Position numbers and translations under genes: made by a program. This document shows positions 47,490 to 57,946 of a stretch of DNA of 64,000 nt, piece after piece. This DNA comes from Actinomycetota bacterium (GTDB lineage: Bacteria; Actinomycetota; Thermoleophilia; Gaiellales; Gaiellaceae): the NCBI GenBank assembly GCA_005884945.1, contig VAYM01000109.1, forward strand, positions 6,842-70,841, written 5' to 3'. The notes beneath the pieces are model-generated. The model did not search any database and was not told the origin of the DNA. It worked only from the letters and a program-made list of their open reading frames with translations. Position 1 is the stretch's first letter. Each line of letters begins with the position of its first letter.

Positions 47490-47789
47490 CTACTTGCCGA
47501 GCCGCTTGTAGAGGCGGTCGATCAGGTCCGGCATTCGCTCGAGCCGTTCCGTGATCACACGCAAGCGGTACTCGCGGAAATGCTCGGGCTCGACGCCGAG
47601 CGCCGAGGCGAGCGTGCGGATCACGTCGTCGGACGGCACGGGCCTGTTGCCGTGCACGAGGTGGTTCAGGTATCCGGCGGAGAGCTTCGTCCTGTCCGCC
47701 AGCGAGCGGTACGTGTGCCCGGTCTCCGTCATCAGCCGCTCGACGGTCTGGCCGAACGGCTCGTCGCTGAATCGGCGGCGGCGTGCCAT
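47490..47789 (-). CDS. XRE-family helix-turn-helix protein
   Basis: LMTETGHTYRSLADRTKLSAGYLNHLVHGNRPVPS. The ATG at 47789 overlaps the proS stop by 1 nt (TGATG). Confidence 0.75.
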   Translation of the reverse strand: MARRRRFSDEPFGQTVERLMTETGHTYRSLADRTKLSAGYLNHLVHGNRPVPSDDVIRTLASALGVEPEHFREYRLRVITERLERMPDLIDRLYKRLGK

Positions 47790-49456
47790 CAGACGCTTCC
47801 ACACCTGCCCGACAACTCGGGAATCGGAACCCGCTGCTCATCGCCGCTCGCGCGGTCGCGGACGTCGACGGCGCCGTCCTCCAGCGTCTTCCTTCCGACC
47901 GTGATGCGGATCGGGCAGCCGATCAGGTCCGCGTCGGCGAACTTCTCCCCGGCGCGCTGCTCGCGATCGTCGAGGATGACGTCGAGACCCGCGGCGTCGA
48001 GCGCCGTCGCTGCCTCCTCGGCCTGCTGCTCCACGCCCGGGAGCGCGACGACGTGCGCGTCGTACGGCGCGACCGAGCGCGGCCACGTGATTCCGTTCTC
48101 GTCGTGGTGCTGCTCGACGATCGCGGCCATCGTCCGCGCCGGCCCGACGCCGTAGCTGCCCATCACGAGCGGCTTCTCCTCCCCGTCCTCGTCGAGGAAC
48201 GTCGCGCCGAACCGCACGGAGTAGAACGTCCCCAGCTTGAAGATGTGCCCGAGCTCGATCGCCGTCTGCTCGACGAGCTTGCCGCCGCACTGCGGACAGG
48301 CGTCGCCGGCGTTCGCCTGGCGGATGTCGACGAAGGTCGGGTGGTAGTCGCGTCCGGCTTGGACGCCGCGCAGGTGCCAGCCGTCCCGGTTCGCGCCCGC
48401 GACGAACTGCCCGTCCCGCAATGCCTCGTCCGCGACGATGTCGACCGTCACCGCGACCGGTCCGAGCGAGCCCCCGCCGGCGCCGAAGACTGCTCTGATC
48501 TCCTCGTCGGTCATAGGCCGGTAGGCCTCGCCGAGCACGGTGACGAGCTTCTCCTCGCTCAGCCGGTCGTCGCCGCGGATCAGCCCGAGCACGGGACGCT
48601 CGCCGACCATCACGGGCATCGCCTTCGACGTCGCCGCGGGGTCGACGCCGAGGAACTCGGCAAGCGCCTCGATCGTCGCGACGCCCGGCGTCTCGACCTC
48701 CTCCGGCCGCTCGAGCGGCTCGGGGAACACGGGTGCACGCGGAATCCCGCGGGCAGCGTCGTAGTCGGCGAAGTAGTCCCCGTTCTCGCAACCGACGAGG
48801 ATGTTCTCGCCTGACTCCGTCGGCGCCATGAATCCCGACGACTCGCGGCCGCCCATGATCCCCGACTCGGCCTCGACGAAGTACGCCTCGAGCCCGCAGC
48901 GCTTCCAGATGCGCTCGTACGCCTGCTTGTGCGCGTCGAAGCTCTTGTCGAGCCCGGCCTCATCGCGGTCGAACGAGTACGAGTCCTTCATGATGAACTC
49001 CCGCAAGCGCAGCAGCCCGCCGCGCGCCCGCGGCTCGTCGCGCTCCTTGGTCGAGAAGTGGCACCAGACCTGGGGCAGCTGCTTGTACGACTGCAGCTCG
49101 CGCGCGTGGAACGTCATCGTCTCCTCGTGCGAAAACGGCAGCACGAAGTCGCGCCCCGTGCGGTCCTTCAGCTTGAACACGATCGGGATCCCGATGCGGC
49201 CGCTCGTCTGCCACAGCTCCGCGGGCGTGAGCACGGGCTCGAGCATCTCCTGCCCGCCGATCGCGTTGATCTCCTCGCGGATGATCTGGACGACCTTCTG
49301 GTGCACGCGCCAGCCCAGCGGCAGGAGCGAGAACAGTCCCGCGCCGACTTGTCTGATGAAGCCGCCGCGCACGAGCAGCTTGTGCGAGACCGCGTCGGCG
49401 TCGGCCGGCGCGTCGCGCAGGGTCGGAAGGAAGAGCTGTGAAGCCCGGGCGATCAC
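47789..49456 (-). CDS. proS: proline--tRNA ligase (bacterial type)
   Basis: SQLFLPTLRD.P.DA...SHKLLVRGGFIRQ, the class II motifs, an editing-domain insert and an anticodon-binding C-terminus. Confidence 0.93.
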   Translation of the reverse strand: MIARASQLFLPTLRDAPADADAVSHKLLVRGGFIRQVGAGLFSLLPLGWRVHQKVVQIIREEINAIGGQEMLEPVLTPAELWQTSGRIGIPIVFKLKDRTGRDFVLPFSHEETMTFHARELQSYKQLPQVWCHFSTKERDEPRARGGLLRLREFIMKDSYSFDRDEAGLDKSFDAHKQAYERIWKRCGLEAYFVEAESGIMGGRESSGFMAPTESGENILVGCENGDYFADYDAARGIPRAPVFPEPLERPEEVETPGVATIEALAEFLGVDPAATSKAMPVMVGERPVLGLIRGDDRLSEEKLVTVLGEAYRPMTDEEIRAVFGAGGGSLGPVAVTVDIVADEALRDGQFVAGANRDGWHLRGVQAGRDYHPTFVDIRQANAGDACPQCGGKLVEQTAIELGHIFKLGTFYSVRFGATFLDEDGEEKPLVMGSYGVGPARTMAAIVEQHHDENGITWPRSVAPYDAHVVALPGVEQQAEEAATALDAAGLDVILDDREQRAGEKFADADLIGCPIRITVGRKTLEDGAVDVRDRASGDEQRVPIPELSGRCGSV

Positions 49457-49471
49457 CGTTGCCCAGGCAGG

Positions 49472-50605
49472 CTACTCGAGCGGGATCAAGGACGCCTCGG
49501 CCATTGCGAGGGCCGCAGGCTTTGCCATCTTCAACCGTTTCGGACGGTGCATCCCGTTCGCGATCCACTCGTCGATCGCATGGAACAGCTCGTCGATCAG
49601 GATGTCCGACGACACCTTCTTCAGCACGCGGCCGTGCGCGTACACGAAGCCGACGTCACGTCCGCCGGCGATGCCGAAGTCGGCGTCGCCCGCCTCCCCC
49701 GGTCCGTTCACCGCGCAGCCTAGGACCGCGACCTCGAAATGCTGCGGATACTCGCGCAGTCGTTCCTCCACCTTTTCCGCGAGCGTCTGCACGCCGACGT
49801 TGTCACGACCGCACGACGGGCACGCGATCATGATCGGCCCACGCTCACGCAGGCCGAGCGCCTTGAGGATCTCGTACGCGGTCCGCACTTCTTCGACCGG
49901 ATCGGCGGTGAGCGAGACGCGAATCGTGTCGCCGATCCCGTCCACGAGCAGCGCGCCCATCCCGACGGCGCTCTTGATCGAGCCGGAGAACGGAGTTCCC
50001 GCTTCCGTGACGCCGAGGTGGAGCGGGTACGGCACCTTTGCCGACAGCATGCGGTACGCGCGGATCATCGTCGGCACGTGGCTCGACTTCACGGAGATCT
50101 TGAAGTCGTAGAAGCCGAGCGACTCGAGCAGCCGCACCTCCTCGAGCGCGGCCTCGACAAGCGCCTCCGCCTGGTCTCTCTGCGCGAGCTCCGAAAGATG
50201 CTTCGGCAACGAGCCGGAGTTCGCGCCGATGCGCATCGGGATACCCGCCTGCTGCGCGGAACGGACGACCTCGGCGACCTTGTCGGCGCCGCCGATGTTC
50301 CCGGGATTGATTCGCACTGCGGCCACACCCGCGTCGATCGCCTTCAGCGCGAGGCTCGCGTTGAAGTGGATGTCCGCGATCACCGGAATCGGCGACAGGC
50401 GGACGATCCGCGCCAGGGCCTCGGCGTCCTCGGTCTTCGGCACAGCGCAGCGGACGACCTCGCAGCCGGCCGACGCCAGCGCCGCGATCTGAGCCGTCGT
50501 CGCCTCGACGTCGTGCGTCTTCGTGAGCGTCATCGACTGGACGACGACAGGCGCGCCGCCGCCGATCTTCACGCCGCCAACGGTGATCTGGCGCTGGCTC
50601 GCCAC
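49472..50605 (-). CDS. ispG: 4-hydroxy-3-methylbut-2-enyl diphosphate synthase IspG
   Basis: VGGVKIGGGAPVVVQSMT, RINPGNIG, and MIACPSCGR with VLGCAVNGPGE. Confidence 0.93.
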   Translation of the reverse strand: MASQRQITVGGVKIGGGAPVVVQSMTLTKTHDVEATTAQIAALASAGCEVVRCAVPKTEDAEALARIVRLSPIPVIADIHFNASLALKAIDAGVAAVRINPGNIGGADKVAEVVRSAQQAGIPMRIGANSGSLPKHLSELAQRDQAEALVEAALEEVRLLESLGFYDFKISVKSSHVPTMIRAYRMLSAKVPYPLHLGVTEAGTPFSGSIKSAVGMGALLVDGIGDTIRVSLTADPVEEVRTAYEILKALGLRERGPIMIACPSCGRDNVGVQTLAEKVEERLREYPQHFEVAVLGCAVNGPGEAGDADFGIAGGRDVGFVYAHGRVLKKVSSDILIDELFHAIDEWIANGMHRPKRLKMAKPAALAMAEASLIPLE

Positions 50606-50614
50606 GGTTCGAGT

Positions 50615-51841
50615 CTAGCCGCCGCCCAAGCGGCCGATGTCGTTCGAGAGGCCGATGAAGAACAGGATCATGAAGAGCCCGAGCCCGACGGCCGAGACGC
50701 GCTCGTACACCTCCCGTCCGACGGCGCGGCCGCGCAGCCCTTCGATCAGCGAGAAGAGGATGTGCCCGCCGTCCAGCGGTAACAGCGGCAACAGATTCAA
50801 GAGTGCGAGAGACAGGCTGATCAGGCCGAGGATCTGCAGGAACAGCGTGAACGTGATGCCGGCAGCCTGGCTCGAGTAGTCGACGATCCCCACCGGGCTC
50901 GACACGTCCTTTCGGCCCGCGCCCGTCAGGAGCCGGGGTAAGAACGTCGCCGTGCCCTTCGTCGCGACCCAGTTGTCGTGCGCGCTCTGGCCGAACGCAC
51001 CGCCGACGCTGAAACGCTTCTTGTTCCACGACGGGTTGAAGCCCAGGATGTAGCGGCCGCCGAGCTTCACCGGGGTCGCGGGCCCGAGGATGATCCGCTC
51101 GCCGTGCCGTCGCACCGCGAGCGTGATCGGATCGCCGTGGCTGTCGCGGATCGCATGCGAGACCGCGTCGAAGTTCGGTGTTGGAGCGCCGTTCACCGCG
51201 ATGATCTCGTCGCCCGGACGCAGGCCTATCGCGGCCGCCGGCTTGCCGGACTCGACGTGACGGACGATCCGATTCGGGTCGCCGGGCGCCCCGATCATGT
51301 ACGCGATCGCCGGCAGGAGCAGCGCGAGCACGATGTTCATCCCCGGACCGGCGAAGATGACCGCGACGCGCTTCCACGTGCGTTGGCGCCAGTAGGCGTC
51401 GCTGCTCAATCCATCCTTGAGCTCGTTGAGGCCCCGCCGCGCCGTTCGTGCCGCCATCGGGCTGAGCTCCGCCTCGTCGAGCGCCGCCTCGAGCGCGGGC
51501 AATCCTTCACGCGCCGTGTCGAGCGCACCCGCCTCGAGCGAGCGCCTGACGCGCGCGATCTTCGGGAAGATCTGCGGCTGCTCCTGTAGCGCCGGCCCGA
51601 ATAGCACGTCGAGGTCCGACGCGGCGGGGCGATGCATTCCGGGGATCTTCACGTAGCCCCCGAGCGGAATCGCGCCTATGCCGTACTCGATTCCCTTGCG
51701 CCGCACCTTTGCAATCGCGGGGGGGAACCCGAGATAGAACCTGCGCGGACTCATCCCGACCGCGCGGGCGACGTAGAAGTGCCCCGCCTCGTGGAGGAGC
51801 ACGAGCAGCGCAAGCCCGAAGATGGCAACGCCGATGTTCAC
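50615..51841 (-). CDS. rseP: RIP metalloprotease RseP (M50 family)
   Basis: The GTG at 51841 overlaps the dxr stop (GTGA). HEAGH motif, a PDZ segment and a C-terminal NLLPLLPLDGG. Confidence 0.9.
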   Translation of the reverse strand: MNIGVAIFGLALLVLLHEAGHFYVARAVGMSPRRFYLGFPPAIAKVRRKGIEYGIGAIPLGGYVKIPGMHRPAASDLDVLFGPALQEQPQIFPKIARVRRSLEAGALDTAREGLPALEAALDEAELSPMAARTARRGLNELKDGLSSDAYWRQRTWKRVAVIFAGPGMNIVLALLLPAIAYMIGAPGDPNRIVRHVESGKPAAAIGLRPGDEIIAVNGAPTPNFDAVSHAIRDSHGDPITLAVRRHGERIILGPATPVKLGGRYILGFNPSWNKKRFSVGGAFGQSAHDNWVATKGTATFLPRLLTGAGRKDVSSPVGIVDYSSQAAGITFTLFLQILGLISLSLALLNLLPLLPLDGGHILFSLIEGLRGRAVGREVYERVSAVGLGLFMILFFIGLSNDIGRLGGG

Positions 51842-52899
51842 GCCGGCGCGAGGGTCCTTTCCGCCAGCTCGCGTGCCGATGCGTCCGCCTCGACCAGATC
51901 GTCGAGGTCGCGTGCGGATGCGCCGTCGCTCGCTGCGAGCGTCTCCTCCACGACCTCCGCGATTCCAAGGAACGGGAGACGGCCCTCGAGGAATGCTGCG
52001 ACGGCGAGCTCGTTCGCGGCGTTGAACACGCATGGGAACGTGCCGCCTTGCTCGCCGGCGCCTCGTGCGAGCGCGAGGAGCGGGAACGTCTCGAGATCGG
52101 GCGCGTGAAATTCGAGGCTGAGGCCCGAGGCGAGATCGAGTGACGGGATTGGCGTTGCGGCGCGCTCGGGATACGTGAGCGCGTACGAGATCGGCACACG
52201 CATGTCGGGATATCCAAGATGCGCGAGCGCTGCGCCGTCACGGAGACGCACGAACGCGTGCACGACGGACGTCGGATGGACGACGACCTCGATCCGCTCA
52301 TACGAAAGGCCGAACAGGAAATGCGCCTCGATCAGCTCCAGCCCCTTGTTCGCAAGCGTGGCGGAGTCGATCGTGATCTTCGGGCCCATGTTCCACGTCG
52401 GGTGCGCGAGCGCCTCGTCCGGTGTGACGTCGTGCAGCTCCTCGCGCGTGCGGCCGCGGAACGGGCCGCCCGACGCGGTAAGGACGAGCGAGTCGACCGT
52501 TTCGGAGGCACGTCCGTCGAGGCACTGGAACGCGGCCGAGTGTTCGCTGTCGACCGGAAGCAGCAACCCTCCCCCTCGCCGTTGCGCCGCGAGGGCGAGC
52601 TCGCCGGCCGCAACGAGGCTCTCCTTGTTCGCGAGCGCGAGGTCGACGCCGTGCTCGAGCGCCCAGAGCGTCGCGGGTAGTCCGGCGAACCCGACGACCG
52701 CGTTGAGGACGAGGTCGGGCTCGGCGCGCTCGAGCAGCTCCACGAGATCTCCGCCGACCTGCGTCAACGGGGCGACGCCGTCAATCGACCGAGACCCCGA
52801 GGCGGCCGCGACGAGCTCGAGCTCGGGATGCCCGTCGATGACCTCGATCGCCTGGCGGCCGATCGACCCGGTGGCGCCGAGCAGCACGATCCGCTTCAT
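51838..52899 (-). CDS. dxr: 1-deoxy-D-xylulose-5-phosphate reductoisomerase
   Basis: GATGSIG, LANKESLV, PVDSEH, GGPF and HPNW-like HPTWNMG. It is about 30 aa shorter than E. coli Dxr in the N-terminal domain, but in frame. Confidence 0.9.
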   Translation of the reverse strand: MKRIVLLGATGSIGRQAIEVIDGHPELELVAAASGSRSIDGVAPLTQVGGDLVELLERAEPDLVLNAVVGFAGLPATLWALEHGVDLALANKESLVAAGELALAAQRRGGGLLLPVDSEHSAAFQCLDGRASETVDSLVLTASGGPFRGRTREELHDVTPDEALAHPTWNMGPKITIDSATLANKGLELIEAHFLFGLSYERIEVVVHPTSVVHAFVRLRDGAALAHLGYPDMRVPISYALTYPERAATPIPSLDLASGLSLEFHAPDLETFPLLALARGAGEQGGTFPCVFNAANELAVAAFLEGRLPFLGIAEVVEETLAASDGASARDLDDLVEADASARELAERTLAPA

Positions 52900-52922
52900 A
52901 CCGACAAGTGTAGGTTCGGCCG

Positions 52923-53435
52923 GTGCGCCCGCCGCACTTCGTCTGGTCGCAGTCGATCGCAGATCGGGCCGCGGCCGCGTTCAGGGAGCACGAGAGACGC
53001 ATCCACGCATGCCTACCGGGCGTTCAGATCCGCCACACGGGCGGGTCGTCAGTTCCGGGCGTGCTGACGAGCGGCGACGTCGATCTCCAGGTCAGCGTCC
53101 ACGAAGCAGCTTTCGCACGAGCTCGTGACGCCCTCTCCGAGCTCTACGAGCCGCTCTACCGCGAAGCATGGCCCGAGGATGCCGCCTACTTCGCTGCACG
53201 CGACTCCGACCCGGCGGTCGAGGTGGCGCTGACCGTGGTCGGGACGCTCGACGATTGGCACCACGGCGAGGTGTGGGACCGGATCGCCGCCGATCCGAAG
53301 CTGATCGAGGACTACAACGCGCTCAAGCGCTCGCATGAAGGCGTGTCCGAAGCTGCGTACGACGCGGCGAAGCGCGAGTTCTTCTTCACGCGCTTCCCGC
53401 CTCAGGCGGCGCCGAAGGCGCGCAAGAGGAAGTAG
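52923..53435 (+). CDS. GrpB-family protein
   Basis: HTGGSSVPGVLTSGDVDLQV and a C-terminal Y..LK pattern typical of GrpB nucleotidyltransferase-fold proteins. Confidence 0.65.
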   Translation: MRPPHFVWSQSIADRAAAAFREHERRIHACLPGVQIRHTGGSSVPGVLTSGDVDLQVSVHEAAFARARDALSELYEPLYREAWPEDAAYFAARDSDPAVEVALTVVGTLDDWHHGEVWDRIAADPKLIEDYNALKRSHEGVSEAAYDAAKREFFFTRFPPQAAPKARKRK

Positions 53436-54205
53436 GACGCCACCGCCGCGAAGAGTGGCGCGTCGAGCCGGTCGAGCATCCCACCGTGGCCGCCGAGGAG
53501 ACGGCCCGTGTCCTTCACCTGCATGTCACGTTTCAGTGCCGACTCGAACAGATCTCCGAGCGGCGCTGCCACGGCGATCACGACCCCGAGCACGATCGAG
53601 CGACCGATCGACAGGAAGTCGTCCCGGTCCTGGTAGAGCGCGACGAACGTCACGAAGACGGTCGCGACGGCGCCGGCGAAGAACCCCTCCCAGGTCTTCC
53701 CCGGCGAGATCGTCGGCGCGAGGCGGTGTCGGCCGAGCAGTCTGCCCGCGAAGAACGCTGCCGTGTCCCCCGCGAAGACCGCGAGCAGGATCGCGAACGC
53801 GGCGAGCCGGCCGTGATCCGGAAGCGCGCGGATCAGCAACAGGAACGCCAGCCCGAGACCGATCCACGCGGCACCGAGCAGCGTCGACGCGATCGCCACC
53901 GTTGCGGACTGGCGCGTCGTGCCGACCCAGTGGAGGACGAAGGCGAGCGGCAGCGTCACGAGGAATCCTCCGACTGCCCAATCCACGCCGCCGACCTGAG
54001 CGCCCACCAGCGCGAGGACGGCGCCTGCGTATCCGGCCAGCGCGATCGGGCGGAGGGATCGCGTCAGCAGCCTGTACTCGTGGAGAGCGATCACGGCGGC
54101 CACCACGGCGAGGGTGAAGAGCCACCACCCTCCGAGGTAGAGGAGCCCGAGCACCGCCGGCAGGCCGATCGCGCCGACGACTACACGGGAGACGAGCGGA
54201 CTCAA
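53402..54205 (-). CDS. cdsA: phosphatidate cytidylyltransferase
   Basis: Signature SALKRDMQVKDTGRLLGGHGGMLDRLD. A start at the TTG at 54205, overlapping the uppS stop (TTGA), is preferred over the ATG at 54283. Confidence 0.85.
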   Translation of the reverse strand: MSPLVSRVVVGAIGLPAVLGLLYLGGWWLFTLAVVAAVIALHEYRLLTRSLRPIALAGYAGAVLALVGAQVGGVDWAVGGFLVTLPLAFVLHWVGTTRQSATVAIASTLLGAAWIGLGLAFLLLIRALPDHGRLAAFAILLAVFAGDTAAFFAGRLLGRHRLAPTISPGKTWEGFFAGAVATVFVTFVALYQDRDDFLSIGRSIVLGVVIAVAAPLGDLFESALKRDMQVKDTGRLLGGHGGMLDRLDAPLFAAVASYFLLRAFGAA

Positions 54206-54942
54206 CGCCCGCCGAAGCGACGCCTGCGGCTGGCGTAGTCGTCGAGCGCGGAGCGGAGCTGCTCCTCGCCGAAGTCCGGCCACAGCGTGTCCACGAAGAC
54301 GAGCTCCGCGTAGGCGAGCTGCCAGAGCAGGAAGTTGGAGATCCGCAGTTCACCGGACGTCCGGATGAGCAGGTCCGGGTCCGGCATCTCCGGTGCATAG
54401 AGGAACGAGGTAAAGGTCTCCTCGTCGAGCTCGACGCCGGCATCCGCGGCGCGCCGCGCAGCTTCCACGATCTCGGCCCGTCCGCCGTAGTCGAACGCGA
54501 TCCACAGCTGCAGCCGCCGGTTCGACGCGGTCTCGTCCTCGAGCGCCTGCATGCGCTGGCGAAGAGCGTCCGGGGCGCGGTCGCGACGCCCGACGAAGCG
54601 CGTCCGGACTCCCTGTCGCACCAGGTCGGGGAGCTCACGCTCGATCGTCTCGGTGAAGATCTCCATCAGAAGCTCGACCTCGTCGGGCGGACGGGTCCAG
54701 TTCTCGGTCGAGAACGCATACACGGCGAGCGACTCGACGCCGAGGTCGATCGCGGCCTCGACGGTTCGGCGGAGCGCCTTCGTCCCGGCCCCGTGTCCCG
54801 CCGCGATCGGCAGTCCTCGCCGGCGGGCCCAGCGCGCGTTGCCGTCCATGATGATCGCGACGCTGCGCGCGACGTCCGGAACTTCCGGCTCGCGCGCCGG
54901 GCGCACGTGGCGCAGCGTTCTGATCTTCGTCAGGAGGGACAC
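54202..54942 (-). CDS. uppS: isoprenyl (undecaprenyl) diphosphate synthase
   Basis: AIIMDGNARWA, FSTENW.RP and the C-terminal RRFG. Confidence 0.92.
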   Translation of the reverse strand: MSLLTKIRTLRHVRPAREPEVPDVARSVAIIMDGNARWARRRGLPIAAGHGAGTKALRRTVEAAIDLGVESLAVYAFSTENWTRPPDEVELLMEIFTETIERELPDLVRQGVRTRFVGRRDRAPDALRQRMQALEDETASNRRLQLWIAFDYGGRAEIVEAARRAADAGVELDEETFTSFLYAPEMPDPDLLIRTSGELRISNFLLWQLAYAELVFVDTLWPDFGEEQLRSALDDYASRRRRFGGR

Positions 54943-54956
54943 CGCGGTTGGAGGTC

Positions 54957-55520
54957 CTAGACCTCCATGATCTCGGCTTCCTTGTGCTTCAGCAGCTCGT
55001 CGATCGACTTCGTGTGGTCGTCTGTCAGCTTCTGCACGCGCTCTTCCGCGCGCCGTTCGTCGTCGTCGCCGACCTCGCCCTTCTTGCTGAGCTCCTGGAG
55101 ATGGTGCATCGCGTCTCGGCGCACGTTTCGGATCGCGACCTTCCCCTCCTCCCCGAGCTTGCGCACGACCTTGACGAGCTCCTTGCGCCGTTCCTCGTTG
55201 GGCTGCGGCATCGGGAGCCGGATCAGCTTGCCGTCGTTCGACGGGGTGAGCCCGAGATCCGACTCCTGGATCGCCTTCTCGATCGACTTGATCGACGACG
55301 GGTCGAACGGCTGGATCGTCAGCATCCGCGGCTCGGGAACGTTGATCGTCGCGAGCTGCTTCAGCGGCGTCTCCTGGCCGTAGTACTCGATCGTGATGCG
55401 GTCGAGCAGCGCCGCCGACGCTCGTCCCGTGCGGACGGTGTTGAACTCCGTGCGCGTGTGCTCGATCGAGGAGTCCATCCGCCGGACCGCGTCCCGGACC
55501 AGCTCGTCGACCGTCGCCAT
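54957..55520 (-). CDS. frr: ribosome recycling factor
   Basis: Full-length Frr similarity (LDRITIEYYG..TPLKQLA, IRLPMPQPNEERRKELVK). Confidence 0.95.
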   Translation of the reverse strand: MATVDELVRDAVRRMDSSIEHTRTEFNTVRTGRASAALLDRITIEYYGQETPLKQLATINVPEPRMLTIQPFDPSSIKSIEKAIQESDLGLTPSNDGKLIRLPMPQPNEERRKELVKVVRKLGEEGKVAIRNVRRDAMHHLQELSKKGEVGDDDERRAEERVQKLTDDHTKSIDELLKHKEAEIMEV

Positions 55521-56293
55521 CAGCGTGCCTCCTTCGCAGGTGTCGAGATGAGCGTCCCGACCCGTTCGCCCGCGACGACGCGCCGGATGTTGCCGTCCGC
55601 GAGCGCGAAGACGTGGATCGGAAGGTTGTTGTCCATGCAGAGCGAGAGCGCCGTCGTGTCCATCACCTTCAGACCGCGCTCGATCGCCTCCAGATGCGTC
55701 AGCTCGGGCAGGAACTCCGCGTGTGGGTCGACCCGCGGGTCGCCGCCGTACACGCCTTCGGTTCCATGCTTGGCCATCAAGATCGCGTCGGCGTTGATCT
55801 CGAGCGCCCGCAGTGCCGCCGCGGTGTCGGTCGTGAAGAACGGATTCCCCGTGCCCGCCGCGAAGATGACGATGCGTGCCTTCTCGAGATGGCGGATCGC
55901 GCGCCGCCGGATGTACGGCTCCGCGACCTCCTTCACCTCGAGCGCCGAGAGGACGCGCGTGACGACGCCGCGGTCCTCGAGCGCGTCCTGCAGCGCGAGC
56001 GAGTTGAGCACCGTCGCGAGCATGCCCGCGTAGTCAGCGGTCGCGCGGTCCATGCCCTCCGCCGCCGCGGACATTCCGCGGTAGATGTTCCCCGCCCCGA
56101 CTACGATCGCCGTCTCGACGCCCGTCGTGTGCACGTCGACGATCTCCTCCGCCACCGCGTCGATCGTCGCGCGGTCCAGCCCGTACTCGCGGTCGCCCAT
56201 CAGCGACTCGCCGGAGAGCTTCAGCAGGATACGCCGGAAAACGGTGCGCGACCCGGCCGGCGCGGCGACCGCTTCGTCGGACTGGATGCTCAC
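55520..56293 (-). CDS. pyrH: UMP kinase
   Basis: The GTG at 56293 overlaps the tsf stop. [18 protein letters not shown] and [14 protein letters not shown]. Confidence 0.93.
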   Translation of the reverse strand: MSIQSDEAVAAPAGSRTVFRRILLKLSGESLMGDREYGLDRATIDAVAEEIVDVHTTGVETAIVVGAGNIYRGMSAAAEGMDRATADYAGMLATVLNSLALQDALEDRGVVTRVLSALEVKEVAEPYIRRRAIRHLEKARIVIFAAGTGNPFFTTDTAAALRALEINADAILMAKHGTEGVYGGDPRVDPHAEFLPELTHLEAIERGLKVMDTTALSLCMDNNLPIHVFALADGNIRRVVAGERVGTLISTPAKEAR

Positions 56294-57093
56294 GCGCTGA
56301 GCTCGAACCGTTCGAACTCCAGCACCTCGGCGTTCTCCTCCGCCAGCGCGTCGCCGACCTTCTTGCCCGAGTCGTGGATCCACTCCTGGTCGAGGAGGAC
56401 GTTGGCTCCGAAGAAGCGCTTGTTCAGCATCCCTTCGACGATCTTCTCGCGGGCCTGCTCCGGCTTCGACTGCACCTCGTCCGAGGCGAGGAAGATCTCG
56501 CGCTCCTGGGCGACGTCGCTCTCGGGAACGTCTTCCCTTCCGATCCACTTCGGACGCATCGCCGCCACGTGCATCGCAACCTTCCGCGCGAGATCGTCGG
56601 ACCCGCCGCGAAGCTGGAGCAAAACGCCGATCTTGTTCCGCGGCGGATGCGCGTATGCGGCGATCTTCGCTCCGTCGACAGCCTCGAATCGCGCGCTGTC
56701 GGTGACGACGATGTTCTCGCCGAGCTTGCCCGACAACCGCGCACGCTCGTCTTCGAGCTCTTTCTCGGCGCCGGGCCCCGCCGCTTCAACGACTTCGAGA
56801 ACCTTCTTCGCGAACGCGAGGAACTCATCGTTGTTCGCCACGAAGTCGGTCTCGCAGCCGACGGCGACCATGGTGCCCTGCTTTCCGTCTTGGCCCAGCC
56901 GGTACCCGACCTTGCCCTCGGGCGTCTCGTTGCCCGCACGCTTCTCGGCTCCGGCGACGCCCTTCTCGCGCAGAAGGCGGATCGCCGCCTCCATGTCGCC
57001 GTTCGTCTCTTGCAACGCGCGCTTGCAGTCCATCATGGGTGCGCCGGCGCGGTCGCGCAGCACCTTGACGAGTGCGGCCGAGATCTCAGCCAT
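56290..57093 (-). CDS. tsf: elongation factor Ts
   Basis: Start at [27 protein letters not shown]. The dimerisation core is present. Confidence 0.93.
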   Translation of the reverse strand: MAEISAALVKVLRDRAGAPMMDCKRALQETNGDMEAAIRLLREKGVAGAEKRAGNETPEGKVGYRLGQDGKQGTMVAVGCETDFVANNDEFLAFAKKVLEVVEAAGPGAEKELEDERARLSGKLGENIVVTDSARFEAVDGAKIAAYAHPPRNKIGVLLQLRGGSDDLARKVAMHVAAMRPKWIGREDVPESDVAQEREIFLASDEVQSKPEQAREKIVEGMLNKRFFGANVLLDQEWIHDSGKKVGDALAEENAEVLEFERFELSA

Positions 57094-57946
57094 CGACGCG
57101 CGCTTCCTCCGCCACGGGCTGCTCCTGCTCCGCGACCTGCTCCTCGCCCGGAGAAACCTGCTCGTAGTCGCCCTCGGGGACCGTCGGCTCTTCGGCAGCA
57201 GGCTCCTCTGCAGCCGGCGCCGCCTCTGGCTCGCGCTCACGCCCGCGGAACTCGCCGGGCGTCACCTTCTGCTGGCCCGCGTAGATCCCGTCCGCGATCG
57301 CACGCACGATCAGGTCGCACGAGCGGATCGCGTCGTCGTTCCCGGGTATGACGTAGTCGGCCTCGTCCGGATCGCAGTTCGTGTCGACCAGCGCGACGAT
57401 CGGCAGGCCGAGGCGCCGCGCCTCGCGCACAGCGAGCTGCTCCTTCCGCAGGTCGATGATGAAGACGGCGTCCGGCTGCCGCTTCATGTCGGCGACGCCG
57501 CCGAGATTCTCGTCGAGCTTCTGGAGCTCGCCTTCCATGGAGATCCGCTCCTTCGCCGGCAGGAGGTCGAGCTGGCCGTCCTCCTTCAGGCGCCGGAGCT
57601 CGTGCAGCCGGTCGATGCGCGCAGAGATCGTGCGCCAGTTCGTGAGCAGACCGCCGAGCCAGCGGTGGCTGACGTAGGGCATGCCGACGCGCTTCGCCTG
57701 GTCCTCGACCGCCTGCTGGGCCTGCTTCTTCGTGCCGACGAAGAGCATCGAACCGCCGCGCTCGGCGAGGTTGCGCCCGAAGTTGTGCGCCTCTTCGACC
57801 AGCTCGAGCGTCTGCTGCAAGTCGATGATGTAGATGCCGCCGCGCTCCGTGAAGATGAAGCGCCGCATCTTGGGGTTCCAGCGTCGCGTCTGGTGGCCGA
57901 AGTGGACCCCGGCCTCCAGCAGCTCGCGCATGGAGACGACGGACAT
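57086..57946 (-). CDS. rpsB: 30S ribosomal protein S2 with an acidic C-terminal extension
   Basis: [22 protein letters not shown] and full-length S2 similarity. Confidence 0.96.
   Translation of the reverse strand: MSVVSMRELLEAGVHFGHQTRRWNPKMRRFIFTERGGIYIIDLQQTLELVEEAHNFGRNLAERGGSMLFVGTKKQAQQAVEDQAKRVGMPYVSHRWLGGLLTNWRTISARIDRLHELRRLKEDGQLDLLPAKERISMEGELQKLDENLGGVADMKRQPDAVFIIDLRKEQLAVREARRLGLPIVALVDTNCDPDEADYVIPGNDDAIRSCDLIVRAIADGIYAGQQKVTPGEFRGREREPEAAPAAEEPAAEEPTVPEGDYEQVSPGEEQVAEQEQPVAEEARVDG

Noticed and set aside
51838-52899. dxr is about 30 residues shorter than E. coli Dxr between the NADPH-binding motif and LANKESLV. I considered it a further deletion.
   Set aside because: The gene is in frame with all catalytic motifs present, so natural length variation is the simpler explanation.
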